34,812 nt of DNA. Origin: Minisyncoccota bacterium (GTDB lineage: Bacteria > Patescibacteriota > Microgenomatia > UBA1400 > PJMF01). A program made the translations under genes and the position numbers. Below, piece by piece: positions 1-9,915 of this stretch. Location of the stretch: positions 1-34,812 of the forward strand of contig JAAZKO010000016.1 of the NCBI GenBank assembly GCA_012799795.1, in the 5' to 3' direction. Below the pieces are notes generated by a model. That model saw only the letters and a list, made by a program, of their open reading frames with translations. It was not told where the DNA came from and searched no databases. The first letter of the stretch is position 1. Each line of letters begins with the position of its first letter.

Positions 1-1
1 A

Positions 2-517
2 TACCATAAATATATTGATGAGAGAGGGTTTTTTGCTCAAGTATTAGAACCCACCAGAATTTGCCAACAAATTAATGCCGACTTTAAAATTAAACAAGTT
101 AATTTATCTGTCTCCAAAACTAAGGTGCTTCGTGGTTTGCATGCTGAAAACTGGAATAAATTAATTACTGTTTTAAGTGGCCGGGCTCAATTAGTTGTTG
201 CTGACACTAGAAAAGATTCGCCTACTTATAAAAAATTAGTTTATTTCGACTTTGACGCTGATTTAAATAGTCAATGGGGGGAATCTCTCTACATTACTGC
301 AAAATTGGGCAATTCCATTTGTGCTATAAAAGGTCCCGTATATTATCTTTATGGGGTTGATCAACTTTATCAGGATCGGAAGAACAGCGACGATCAAGCG
401 ATTTCTCTTTTCGATCCAGAACTTAATATCAATTGGCCTTTTGCAAAAGAAAAGATGATTGTCTCTAAACGAGATCTAAACAGCATTAGTTTAAAAGAAC
501 TTGAAGCAAAGGATTAA
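2..517 (+). CDS. rfbC: dTDP-4-dehydrorhamnose 3,5-epimerase (5' end outside the window)
   Basis: The frame is open from base 2 (YHKYIDERGFFAQV...SKTKVLRGLHAE...). DERGFF and VLRGLH are RmlC motifs, and the C-terminus reads DPELNINWP...SKRD. It lies directly upstream of rfbB. The ORF-track start at 125 is internal. Confidence 0.9.
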   Translation, partial: YHKYIDERGFFAQVLEPTRICQQINADFKIKQVNLSVSKTKVLRGLHAENWNKLITVLSGRAQLVVADTRKDSPTYKKLVYFDFDADLNSQWGESLYITAKLGNSICAIKGPVYYLYGVDQLYQDRKNSDDQAISLFDPELNINWPFAKEKMIVSKRDLNSISLKELEAKD

Positions 518-518
518 G

Positions 519-1541
519 ATGGCAAAAACTCTCCTCGTTACTGGTGGCGCCGGATTTATTGGCTCTAATTTCGTTCATTATTGGCTAAAACATCACCCAG
601 AAGATCGAATCGTCAATCTAGATGCATTGACCTATGCGGGTAATTTAGAAAATTTGACAGCGGTAGAAAATAAGAGCAACTACCATTTTGTAGAAGGAAA
701 TATTTGTGATCGACAATTAGTTAATCAATTAATGACTGATATCGACATTGTTGTTCATTTTGCGGCCGAATCACACGTTGATCGCTCTATCCTCGATCCC
801 GCCATATTTTTAGAAACTAATGTAATTGGTACCCAAGTGTTGCTTGACGCTGCTCTAAAAAAGAAAGTTGAGCGCTTTCATCATATCTCCACTGACGAGG
901 TGTTTGGCGCTCTAACTCTGGACAGTCAAGAAAAATTTGATAGAAATACTGCTTATAATCCTCACAGCCCCTATAGTGCTAGTAAGGCCGCTGCCGATCA
1001 TTTAGTTAGGGCGTATGGCGATACTTATGGCCTGCCTTTTACTATTAGCAATTGCTCAAATAATTATGGTGAGTATCAATTTCCCGAAAAAATGATTCCC
1101 TTAGCCATCACTAATTTAATTGATGAAGAAAAAGTACCGATCTACGGCGATGGTTTGTATGTCAGAGATTGGCTTTATGTACAAGACCACTGTCGAGGGA
1201 TTGATGCCGTTTTAGATCGGGGAAAAGTTGGCGAAACTTATTTATTTGGTGGTCTTTATAAAGACGTTAATAATCTTGAATTAATTAAAATGATTATCCA
1301 CCTTATGGACAAAAATGAGGATGCTATCGAAATGGTCACAGATCGACCTGGTCATGATCGACGTTATAGTGTCGATTTTTCTGCTAGTGAAAAAGCCCTA
1401 GATTGGCGACCAAGTCTTGATTTAGAAACTGGAATAAAGCAAACTATTGATTGGTATCAAAATCATCAAGCTTGGTGGCGACCTCTAAAAGAAAAAAATC
1501 AGCAATATTTTCAAAAACAATATGCTAAAAACAATGGATAA
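519..1541 (+). CDS. rfbB: dTDP-glucose 4,6-dehydratase
   Basis: LVTGGAGFIGSNF, DALTYAGN, HFAAESHVDRSI, HISTDEV, PYSASKA, RDWLYVQDH and DRPGHDRRY. ATG at 519 preferred over TTG at 501. Confidence 0.97.
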   Translation: MAKTLLVTGGAGFIGSNFVHYWLKHHPEDRIVNLDALTYAGNLENLTAVENKSNYHFVEGNICDRQLVNQLMTDIDIVVHFAAESHVDRSILDPAIFLETNVIGTQVLLDAALKKKVERFHHISTDEVFGALTLDSQEKFDRNTAYNPHSPYSASKAAADHLVRAYGDTYGLPFTISNCSNNYGEYQFPEKMIPLAITNLIDEEKVPIYGDGLYVRDWLYVQDHCRGIDAVLDRGKVGETYLFGGLYKDVNNLELIKMIIHLMDKNEDAIEMVTDRPGHDRRYSVDFSASEKALDWRPSLDLETGIKQTIDWYQNHQAWWRPLKEKNQQYFQKQYAKNNG

Positions 1542-2415
1542 ACAAATAATTTTAGGCACTGGTTTAAATGGCTTAGTTGGCTCAAAATTTGTTAGCGACT
1601 TTGCCGATCATTATCAATTCGATAATTTAGATTTGCGAGACTCCCAACGTCCAGTCGACATCACTAATCAGGAACAAGTAGATAGGGTAATTGCTCAATC
1701 AAAAGCAAAATTTTTAATTCATTTTGCCGCTTTTACCAATGTGACGGCTGCTTTTGAACAAAAAGAAGATAAAAAAGGATTGTGTTATCAAGTTAATGTT
1801 GAAGGAACTCGAAATATTGCTCTTGCTTGTCAAAAATTTAACAAACAGCTAATTCATATTTCAACTGCTTATGTTTTTGATGGGCAGAAAGAAACTTTGT
1901 ATACAGAGGAAGATCTGCTCTCCCCAATTGAGTGGTATGGTCAAACAAAAGCTTGGGCAGAGGAAATTGTGCAAGCAACTGACAATTTGACATGGACCAT
2001 TCTGCGCATTGATCAACCATTTCGCTCTGATCCGTTTCCTAAATTAGATGTGGCTTGGAAATTAATTAAGGGGATGCGCGCTGGCAAAATTCATCCACAA
2101 TTTAGCGATCATTTCTTCGGTCCAAGTTATATTGATGATTTTGCTAAAGTTCTAGACGCAGTTATTCGTTTAAAATTAACTGGTTTATTTCATGCCACCA
2201 GTGGTGAACAATGGACTGATTTTGCCTTTGCTCAAGCTCTCTCACAAAAGCTGAAAATTGATTATCAAGTAGAAGCTGGGAGCTTAGCAAAATATTTAAA
2301 AACTAGTCAGCGCCCTTACCAAAAAAATACTGCTCTGTCAGTTGAAAAATTAAAATCAGTTTTGGATTTTGACTTAAAATCAATTAATTCAGCTATTAGT
2401 GAAATTAGAGCTTAA
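1534..2415 (+). CDS. rfbD: dTDP-4-dehydrorhamnose reductase
   Basis: GTGLNGLVG Rossmann motif, HFAAFTNV, HISTAYVFDG and YGQTK (YxxxK). It follows rfbC-rfbB. ATG at 1534 overlaps the end of rfbB; 1522 is an alternative start. Confidence 0.9.
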   Translation: MDKQIILGTGLNGLVGSKFVSDFADHYQFDNLDLRDSQRPVDITNQEQVDRVIAQSKAKFLIHFAAFTNVTAAFEQKEDKKGLCYQVNVEGTRNIALACQKFNKQLIHISTAYVFDGQKETLYTEEDLLSPIEWYGQTKAWAEEIVQATDNLTWTILRIDQPFRSDPFPKLDVAWKLIKGMRAGKIHPQFSDHFFGPSYIDDFAKVLDAVIRLKLTGLFHATSGEQWTDFAFAQALSQKLKIDYQVEAGSLAKYLKTSQRPYQKNTALSVEKLKSVLDFDLKSINSAISEIRA

Positions 2416-2430
2416 TTCTTAAATAAATTT

Positions 2431-3090
2431 CTAATCTTTGGGCAAATTTCTTGATTGCTTTTTATAAACTTCAATTTTTTTTGGATCACCAGACAATAAA
2501 ACATCAGGCACAGCCCAAGTTTTATATTTTGCTGGTCTAGTATATTGTTCTGGACCGGCCAAACCGCTTATAACGTGTGATTCATCCAAACCACTCTCTT
2601 CATTACCCAATGCACCAGGAAGAAGGCGAATAAGCGTATCAGCAATCACTGTGGCAGCTGGTTCACCACCTGTAAGCACATAATTGCCAATCCTAATTTC
2701 CTCATCAACTAAATATTTAGCCACTCGTTCATCCACTCCTTCATAGTGCCCACAAATAATCGTTAGTTCTGTTAATCGACTCCAATCTCGAGCTATTTTT
2801 TGCTTAAATAATTTACCCTTGGCAGAAGTCAAAATAATTTTTTTATTAATACTTCCTTTTTTTTGCTTAAGACTATGCAGTGCCAAATCGATTGGCTCAA
2901 TCATCATCACCATGCCCGGACCACCACCAAAAGGTCGCTCATCAGTTGTTTGATGTTTATCTTTGGCAAAATCACGTAAATTAATTACTCGATAATTTAC
3001 TAGTTTCTTCTCCTTTGCTCTTTTCAAAATCGAAGAATTTAAAATATTAGTAAAATATTCAGGAAAAATAGTTAAAAAATTAATCTGCAT
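2431..3090 (-). CDS. trmD: tRNA (guanine-N1)-methyltransferase
   Basis: LTIFPEYF, DERPFGGGPGMVM, ICGHYEGVDERV, IGNYVLTGGE, QYTRP and VPDVLLSG. Confidence 0.97.
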   Translation of the reverse strand: MQINFLTIFPEYFTNILNSSILKRAKEKKLVNYRVINLRDFAKDKHQTTDERPFGGGPGMVMMIEPIDLALHSLKQKKGSINKKIILTSAKGKLFKQKIARDWSRLTELTIICGHYEGVDERVAKYLVDEEIRIGNYVLTGGEPAATVIADTLIRLLPGALGNEESGLDESHVISGLAGPEQYTRPAKYKTWAVPDVLLSGDPKKIEVYKKQSRNLPKD

Positions 3091-3124
3091 CTGTTTCTCT
3101 TACTGGCGTTATATTATGCTAATC

Positions 3125-3132
3125 ATTATAAT
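3125..3132. promoter_or_regulatory. palindromic ATTATAAT, a candidate bidirectional -10 element for divergent trmD and ugd
   Basis: It reads TATAAT on both strands within the 74-bp gap between the divergent genes. The context is AT-rich, so chance occurrence is possible. Confidence 0.4.
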
Positions 3133-3164
3133 ACAAATATAAAATTACTAGGAATCTGAGAAAT

Positions 3165-4454
3165 ATGACAATCACAATTATTGGCACAGGTTTTGTAGGA
3201 GTAGTTTCTGCAGCAGTTTATGCTTCGCTAGGCAATCGAGTAATCGGTTTAGATATTGATCAAAATAAAATTAATAAGTTAAAAAAAGGTCAAGTACCTT
3301 TTTTTGAGGCAGACTTAGAAGAGCTTTTAATTGAACAACAAAAAGCCAAAAGATTAACTTTCACCACCTCTTATCAGGAAGCTATTAGTCAAAGTGAAAT
3401 TATTGTCATTGCAGTTGGCACTCCTTCTGCACCTGATGAGACTGCTGATTTGCGTTACGTCATGAAAAGCGCTGAGAGTTTAGCCCCATATTTGCAAAAA
3501 GATGCTATTGTTGCCATCAAATCCACTGTCCCGCCCGGAACTTTGGAAAAACTAATCAAAAAAATTAAAAAACAAAGTAAAGTTAAATTTTATGGCGCTT
3601 CTTTACCCGAATTTCTTAGAGAAGGTAGTGCTGTTTATGACACCTTGCACCCTGATCGAATAGTAATTGGTGCACAAGACGACTTTGTTTTTAAGAAACT
3701 AGATCAACTGTATGAGGTATTTAAAGCGCCAATTGTGCATTGTAGCGTTGCTTCCGCACAAATGGCTAAATATACGGCCAACACTTATTTAGCGACTCGT
3801 ATCACTTTTATTAATGAAATTGCCAATCTTTGTCAAAAAAATGGAGCAGATATTGAGGAGGTCATTAATGCTATTGGACTTGACCAAAGAATTGGTCAAC
3901 ATTATTGGTATCCTGGTTTAGGCTATGGAGGTTCTTGCTTCCCTAAAGATGTAAAAGAACTGGCTGCTTATTCAAGAACTGTGGGTGAAGAAGGCAATTT
4001 GATGAATAAGATTAATGAAATTAATAAACAACGAATTTTTGATTTATTAATCGATTTTGAAAAAAAAGTTAATGGTTTTGCTGATAAAAAAATAGCGGTT
4101 TTAGGTTTATCTTTTAAACCTAATACTGATGATATGCGAGAGGCTCCAAGCACCAAAGTAATTCCTTATTTAATTAGTAAAGGTGCTTCAATCAAAAGCT
4201 ATGATCCGATGGCCAATTATGAAGAATTTACTAATGAAAAGCACAAAGAACACCAACAAGTAGCAAACGTCAAACAAGCTATTAAAGGAGCTGATGCCAT
4301 TTTTTTATTAGTGGAATGGCCAAAGATTGTTAATTTCCCTTTCCCTGAGTTTAAAGAAAAGAGGCCACAAACTATTTTTGATTGTCGTAATCAACTCGAT
4401 CCTGACGAAATTAAAAAAGCTGGCTATCAATATGTGGGTATTGGAAGGTCTTAA
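3165..4454 (+). CDS. ugd: UDP-glucose/GDP-mannose 6-dehydrogenase family protein
   Basis: IIGTGFVG, IAVGTP, IKSTVPPGT, PEFLREGSA, catalytic GYGGSCFPKD and GLSFKPNTDDMREAP. Confidence 0.93.
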   Translation: MTITIIGTGFVGVVSAAVYASLGNRVIGLDIDQNKINKLKKGQVPFFEADLEELLIEQQKAKRLTFTTSYQEAISQSEIIVIAVGTPSAPDETADLRYVMKSAESLAPYLQKDAIVAIKSTVPPGTLEKLIKKIKKQSKVKFYGASLPEFLREGSAVYDTLHPDRIVIGAQDDFVFKKLDQLYEVFKAPIVHCSVASAQMAKYTANTYLATRITFINEIANLCQKNGADIEEVINAIGLDQRIGQHYWYPGLGYGGSCFPKDVKELAAYSRTVGEEGNLMNKINEINKQRIFDLLIDFEKKVNGFADKKIAVLGLSFKPNTDDMREAPSTKVIPYLISKGASIKSYDPMANYEEFTNEKHKEHQQVANVKQAIKGADAIFLLVEWPKIVNFPFPEFKEKRPQTIFDCRNQLDPDEIKKAGYQYVGIGRS

Positions 4455-5426
4455 ATGGCTAATAAAAGTCAAACTATTTTAATTACTGGTGGCACGGGTT
4501 TTGCAGGCAGTCATTTAGTGAAGGCTTTAATTAAACAAGGCTATAGCAATATCCATCTTACTGCTTATCGAGATCAGCCAGGCTTTTTAAATGATTTAAT
4601 AGGTGGTGACCGCATTCACTCACTTGATTTAACCGATCATCAAAAAACTAAAGATTTATTTAAAAAGCTAAAACCTCAACAAATTTATCATTTGGCTTCT
4701 TTAGCTAATGTTGGTAATAGTTTTAAACAAGAACAATTTATTCTAGAAACTCACCTTAAACTACAGCTTAATGTGTTAGATGCTATGAAGGAACACAGTC
4801 CTGAGGCTCGCCTTTTGAGCATTGGCACAGCCCTTGAATATCAAGTTAGTGATCAAGCTTTAGATGAAAATGCCCCAATCGGACCCAACAATCCCTATGC
4901 TCTATCAAAAATGATTCAAGATTATTTAAGTTATTCTTATAGTCAGAGTGAAAATTTAGATATCGTTCGCGCTCGACCCTTTAATCACATCGGTGAAAGG
5001 CAAGCGCTGGGTTTTGCCATTAGTGATTTTGCTAATGAAATTGTAAAGATCGAAAATGCTCAAAGTTCAATAATAAAAGTTGGCAACTTATCTGCTATTA
5101 GAGATTTAACTGATGTTAAAGATATGGTGCGAGCCTATATTATCTTGATGACAAAGGGCATCCGGAGCGAAGTTTATAACATAGGTTCGGGAATTGGCTA
5201 CGGTATGGAGGATATTTTGAAAAAGTTAATTGATTTAGCAGAAATTGAAGTAGAATTAGAAATCGATCCTGAGCGTCTCCGACCCATTGATCGACCAGTA
5301 TTAATTTGTAACAATAATAAAATTAAAAATTTGGGTTGGGAAACTCAATACACAATTGAGGATACCCTAAAAAGGGTGCTAGATTGGTGGCGCAAGCAAG
5401 GCAAAACAGAAACTAAGGAAAGGTAA
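4455..5426 (+). CDS. rmd: GDP-4-keto-6-deoxy-D-mannose reductase-like extended SDR
   Basis: [28 protein letters not shown] and [20 protein letters not shown]. It sits immediately upstream of gmd, the usual rmd-gmd pairing. Confidence 0.75.
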   Translation: MANKSQTILITGGTGFAGSHLVKALIKQGYSNIHLTAYRDQPGFLNDLIGGDRIHSLDLTDHQKTKDLFKKLKPQQIYHLASLANVGNSFKQEQFILETHLKLQLNVLDAMKEHSPEARLLSIGTALEYQVSDQALDENAPIGPNNPYALSKMIQDYLSYSYSQSENLDIVRARPFNHIGERQALGFAISDFANEIVKIENAQSSIIKVGNLSAIRDLTDVKDMVRAYIILMTKGIRSEVYNIGSGIGYGMEDILKKLIDLAEIEVELEIDPERLRPIDRPVLICNNNKIKNLGWETQYTIEDTLKRVLDWWRKQGKTETKER

Positions 5427-5430
5427 AAAG

Positions 5431-6408
5431 ATGAAAAAAGCTTTTATTACTGGCATCACCGGCCAAGATGGTTCTTATTTAGCAGAATTACTGTTGGACG
5501 AAGGCTACCAGGTTTATGGTTTAACCCGTCGAACTAGCACTCAAAATTTTGCGCGAATTCAAAACATCATTCACAATCCTAATTTGGAATTAATTTCTGG
5601 TGATTTAATAGATCAACATTCTCTAAGTTTCGCTCTTAAAGAAATTCAACCAGACGAAGTTTATAACTTAGCTGCACAATCTTTTGTCCAAGCTTCTTGG
5701 GAGCAACCTATATTAACCGGTGAATTTACTGCTATTGGTGTAGCTAGAGTTTTAGAAGCAGTCCGTTTTTCAGCACCAAAAGCCAAATTTTATCAAGCCA
5801 GCTCAAGCGAAATGTTTGGCAAAGTGCGGGAAGTCCCTCAAAATGAGGATACTCCCTTTTACCCTCGCTCGCCTTATGGAGTGGCTAAGGTTTATGGCCA
5901 CTGGATTACGGTTAATTATCGCGAATCATATGATATGTTTGCAGTTTCTGGAATTTTATTTAATCACGAATCACCTAAGAGAGGTTTAGAATTTGTCACT
6001 CGAAAAATTACTAATGCTGTAGCACGCATTAAACTGGGCAAACAAGAATATATTGAACTTGGCAATCTTGATGCTAAAAGAGATTGGGGTTATGCCAAAG
6101 ATTATGTCAAAGCCATGCATTTAATGCTTCAACAAGACAGTGCGGAGGATTTTGTAATTGCGACGGGCGAAACTCACAGTGTTCAAGATTTCCTAGAATT
6201 AGCTTGTAAAGCAGCTGACTTGGGTGATTGGCAACAATACTATAAGCACAATCCTAAATATGATCGTCCTGCAGAAGTCGATGTTTTGATTGGCGATGCG
6301 AGCAAAGCGAAAAAAATGCTTAACTGGCAACCTAGTGTTAATTTTGAAGAGCTGGTTAAATTGATGGTTGAGGCAGATATTAAAATTGAAGAAAAGACCG
6401 TACATTAA
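5431..6408 (+). CDS. gmd: GDP-mannose 4,6-dehydratase
   Basis: [54 protein letters not shown] and FVTRKI. Confidence 0.97.
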   Translation: MKKAFITGITGQDGSYLAELLLDEGYQVYGLTRRTSTQNFARIQNIIHNPNLELISGDLIDQHSLSFALKEIQPDEVYNLAAQSFVQASWEQPILTGEFTAIGVARVLEAVRFSAPKAKFYQASSSEMFGKVREVPQNEDTPFYPRSPYGVAKVYGHWITVNYRESYDMFAVSGILFNHESPKRGLEFVTRKITNAVARIKLGKQEYIELGNLDAKRDWGYAKDYVKAMHLMLQQDSAEDFVIATGETHSVQDFLELACKAADLGDWQQYYKHNPKYDRPAEVDVLIGDASKAKKMLNWQPSVNFEELVKLMVEADIKIEEKTVH

Positions 6409-6410
6409 AG

Positions 6411-7598
6411 ATGCAAAAAGCCATTGTTATTATCCCCACTTATAACGAAGCTGACAACTTGCCAATTACTATTAAAAAATTGGCAGAAGTTTTTGAAAAA
6501 ATTAAAGATTGGCAAATGCAGGTTTTGGTAGTCGACGATAATTCTCCAGATGGGACTGCTCAAATTGTTAAAAAGTTACAAAAAAAATATCCTTTTTTAA
6601 AGTTACTGCTCAACTTAAAGAAGGCTGGTCTGGGCTCGGCTTATTTAAAAGGTATGGATAAGGCTTTTAATCAGCTCGATGCTGATTTAGTCTTTGAATT
6701 TGATGCCGATCTTTCTCACGATCCTCAAAAAATTCCAGCAATGCTAAAGGAAATTGAGAATGGAAGCGACCTGGTTTTAGGTTCTCGTTATGTCTCAGGT
6801 GGTTCTATTCCGCAAAATTGGGCTTTACACCGGAAATTCCTAAGTGTCTTTGGTAATTTATTTATTCGCCTAGTGATGTGGGATTTTTCTATCAAAGATT
6901 GGACTACTGGTTATCGGGCAATTAAGAAGGAGGTTTATCAAGCAGTAGCAAATGAACTAGAGTCTGAAAGATTTTTCGGCTATACTTTCCAAATCGGCTT
7001 TCTACATAAAACACGCAAAAAAAAGTTTAAAATTAGTGAGGTAGCTTTTGCTTTTAAAGATCGGGAGATTGGTAGAAGTAAAATAGGACCAGAGTATATT
7101 AAAAATACTCTGTTATACATTATGAAAGTTAGAGTTCAAGAAATTCTTCAGTCTCGTTTGTTTAAGTTTGCTTTAGTTGGCGTAATAGGTGCTCTAGTGC
7201 AACTATCGTCTTTAAAGCTTTATCGCTTTTTATTGCCAAATTTTCAATATTTATTTTTTAGCAATTATTTAATTTCTACTATCTTAAGTATTGAAACAGC
7301 TATTATTAGTAATTTTATTATTAATAATTTTTGGACTTTTTCTGATCGAAAATTAAAAAAACAATCAATGCTCAAGAAATTTTTGGAATTTAATCTTGCA
7401 TCTGGCGGATCACTTTTAATTCAAATGGCAATTGCTGCTATTGGAGAAAATACATTGGGTTTATTTGGTCTTTTCACTCTACCCATTATTGCCATTAAAG
7501 TTGATACTGGCATGATTTATGCTGTAGCTGGCATCCTAATTGGGATGTTTTGGAACTTTTTTGCCTACAATACCTTCATTTGGAAAAAAAAGAAATAG
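6411..7598 (+). CDS. polyprenyl-phosphate hexose synthase (GT2, DPM1-like) fused to a C-terminal GtrA-like flippase domain
   Basis: IIPTYNEADN, VVDDNSPDGT, EFDADLSHDP, DLVLGSRY and DWTTGYRA, followed by about 145 aa of hydrophobic GtrA-type sequence (KFALVGVIG...NFIINNFWTF...WNFFAYNTFIW). Confidence 0.88.
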   Translation: MQKAIVIIPTYNEADNLPITIKKLAEVFEKIKDWQMQVLVVDDNSPDGTAQIVKKLQKKYPFLKLLLNLKKAGLGSAYLKGMDKAFNQLDADLVFEFDADLSHDPQKIPAMLKEIENGSDLVLGSRYVSGGSIPQNWALHRKFLSVFGNLFIRLVMWDFSIKDWTTGYRAIKKEVYQAVANELESERFFGYTFQIGFLHKTRKKKFKISEVAFAFKDREIGRSKIGPEYIKNTLLYIMKVRVQEILQSRLFKFALVGVIGALVQLSSLKLYRFLLPNFQYLFFSNYLISTILSIETAIISNFIINNFWTFSDRKLKKQSMLKKFLEFNLASGGSLLIQMAIAAIGENTLGLFGLFTLPIIAIKVDTGMIYAVAGILIGMFWNFFAYNTFIWKKKK

Positions 7599-7616
7599 TT
7601 AAGAAATTAATTTTAA

Positions 7617-9155
7617 ATGAAAACTTTCAAAAAATATTTGACTTTCAATAATATTTTCCTAGTTGTAATTTTAGCTTTAGCTACATTTTTACGTTTTTAT
7701 AATTTAAAAAACACCTTTATGTTTCAGGGAGATCAGGGACGAGATGCTTTAGTGGTAGCTAATATTTTTAAAGAAAAAGATCCAGTTTTTATTGGCCCGG
7801 TAACTAGTATTGGCAACATGTATCTTGGCCCTTTTTATTATTATTTTATGTTGCCATTTTTATATCTAAGTTATCCTAATCCTATTGGCCCTGTTTATGC
7901 TGTAGCCGCTTTAGGCGTCATAACAGTTGCTCTTCTTTATTTTATTTGTAAAAAAGTTTTTAATCAAAAAGTAGCGCTGCTAGCAACAATTTTTTTTGCT
8001 TTTTCTAATGTAACTGTCGGATTAGCTCGTTTTAGTTGGAATCCCAATCCCGCTCCGTTTTTTTCTCTATTGATGTTTTATTTCAGCTATCTAGCTTCCA
8101 AAAAAGATAGTCGCTATTGGCTCTTAGTTAGTTTAATGTTCAGCATTTTAATTCAACTACACTATGTTGCCTTATTGTCTTTTGCTGGAGCTTTAATTAT
8201 TTTTATTTTGGATTTAAAAAGGAAAATTAAAGAAAAAAATAGTCAAAAATTAATTAAACATGGCTTTTTATCTATCTTAATTTTTTTACTTTCCTTAACA
8301 CCGCTTGTTTTGTTTGATTTCAAGCATGATTGGCGAAATCTAAATGCACTAAAAAATATTGTTAGCAAAGAACAGAGTTTTGATCTGGAAAGAAAAAGTG
8401 GGCGAGAAGGTCTCGGTGCTTTTGTTAAATTATTTACAGTTGATTTCAAAAGACAAAGTAAAAAAGTTTTATTTAACAGCACTTTTGGAGATCTAGGCAT
8501 TAATAATTTATTTTTATATCTTAGCCTAGTCTTCGTTCTTTTTTACTTAATAAAAAAACGAAAAAAACTCAAAACAGAGGAAAAATTACTCTTTAGCTAC
8601 TTATTAACCGGATTACTTGGTTTAAGTCTCTATCAACATGAAGTTTATACTCATTATTATGCTTATCTTTTACCCATTGTTTATATTTTTTATGCTTGGA
8701 TATTAAGCAAAATTAGGGCTAAATGGTTTTTTTATTTAATTAGCTCATTGTTCTTGATATTTTTTCTTAGAAAAAATTTAGAATTTTACTCATTTAGTGA
8801 CTCTGGCTGGACAATTAATGATGTAAAGATGGTGGCAGACAGCATTCAAAAGCGTGTTGCCAACGGAGAAAAATATAATTTAGTTCTTTTATCTGAATCG
8901 AAAGATTTATACGGCATGAATTATCGATATTTTCTCTCAAGCATGAACAATCCCCCTTTAAAAATTGAGGAACACCATCAGGCAGAAAAACTTTTTATAA
9001 TTAATGAAGAAAAAAAAGAGCAGAATATTATTAATTTAGAAATTTATGAAATTGTGGTTTTCCCTTATAAAAATATTTTAGAAAAATATCAATTTGATCC
9101 TGGTCCTGAGATTACAGTGTTGGGAAATGAGGAAAATAACTATAATGGACAATAA
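7617..9155 (+). CDS. GT-C fold membrane glycosyltransferase (ArnT/PMT-like)
   Basis: FLRFYNL...FQGDQGRD acidic loop after TM1, GPFYYY, RFSWNPN and many TM segments. Confidence 0.82.
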   Translation: MKTFKKYLTFNNIFLVVILALATFLRFYNLKNTFMFQGDQGRDALVVANIFKEKDPVFIGPVTSIGNMYLGPFYYYFMLPFLYLSYPNPIGPVYAVAALGVITVALLYFICKKVFNQKVALLATIFFAFSNVTVGLARFSWNPNPAPFFSLLMFYFSYLASKKDSRYWLLVSLMFSILIQLHYVALLSFAGALIIFILDLKRKIKEKNSQKLIKHGFLSILIFLLSLTPLVLFDFKHDWRNLNALKNIVSKEQSFDLERKSGREGLGAFVKLFTVDFKRQSKKVLFNSTFGDLGINNLFLYLSLVFVLFYLIKKRKKLKTEEKLLFSYLLTGLLGLSLYQHEVYTHYYAYLLPIVYIFYAWILSKIRAKWFFYLISSLFLIFFLRKNLEFYSFSDSGWTINDVKMVADSIQKRVANGEKYNLVLLSESKDLYGMNYRYFLSSMNNPPLKIEEHHQAEKLFIINEEKKEQNIINLEIYEIVVFPYKNILEKYQFDPGPEITVLGNEENNYNGQ

Positions 9156-9915
9156 TATGTCAACTTACCTTTCTCTTATTTTGCCCTCATATAATGAAAT
9201 GAAAAACATTAAAAGAGGTGTTCTCAATGAGGTTTATGATTTTCTTAAAGAATATCCTCAAACTTGGGAATTAATCTTAAGTGATGACGGTTCTAGTGAT
9301 GGCAGTAAAATTGCCTTGAAAGAATTTGCTAAAAGGGATGAGCGTATTAAATTCTTAGAAAATCCTCATCGAGGTAAAGGGCCTACTGTCAGCGCTGGGA
9401 TGTTGGCTGCTCAAGGCAAGTGGCGCTTGTTTAGTGATTTCGATCAATCAACCCCCTTAAAAGAAATCTATTCTTTGCTCAAATATAGTGATCAATATCA
9501 AGTTATTTTTGGTTCTAGAGAGATTATTGGCGCTCAACGAGAAAAAGAGCCTTTTTATCGCCATTTAATGGGCAGAGTGTTCAATTTAGTCGTCCAAATA
9601 CTGGCTGTTCCGGGCATGTTAGATACACAATGTGGTTTTAAATTGTTTTCTCAAGAAGCAACAGAAGCTCTTTTCCCCAAATTACATGTTTATTCTGGTA
9701 AAAAAGAGCGTCGTGATGCTTTTACTGGAGCTTTCGATGTGGAATTACTATATTTAGCTAAAAAATATAAATTTAAAATCAGAGAAGTACCTGTGCTTTG
9801 GCAGCATCATGCTACTAATCGAGTCAGCCCCTTAAAAGATTCTTCTTTGATGTTTCTCGATATCGTGCGCATTAAAATAGCAGATTTATCTGGTAAATAT
9901 CCCAACCATGATTAA
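9145..9915 (+). CDS. dolichyl/polyprenyl-phosphate beta-glucosyltransferase-like GT2
   Basis: LILPSYNE, SDDGSSDGS, HRGKG, FSDFDQSTP, DTQCGFKLF and FDVELL (ALG5/DPG-synthase type). Start taken at ATG 9145; 9157 is possible. Confidence 0.87.
   Translation: MDNNMSTYLSLILPSYNEMKNIKRGVLNEVYDFLKEYPQTWELILSDDGSSDGSKIALKEFAKRDERIKFLENPHRGKGPTVSAGMLAAQGKWRLFSDFDQSTPLKEIYSLLKYSDQYQVIFGSREIIGAQREKEPFYRHLMGRVFNLVVQILAVPGMLDTQCGFKLFSQEATEALFPKLHVYSGKKERRDAFTGAFDVELLYLAKKYKFKIREVPVLWQHHATNRVSPLKDSSLMFLDIVRIKIADLSGKYPNHD

Noticed and set aside
1855..1884. RmlD STAYVF in place of STDYVF as a sign of changed function
   Set aside because: It is a single substitution with the catalytic Thr and YxxxK intact and normal rml context, so too weak to call.
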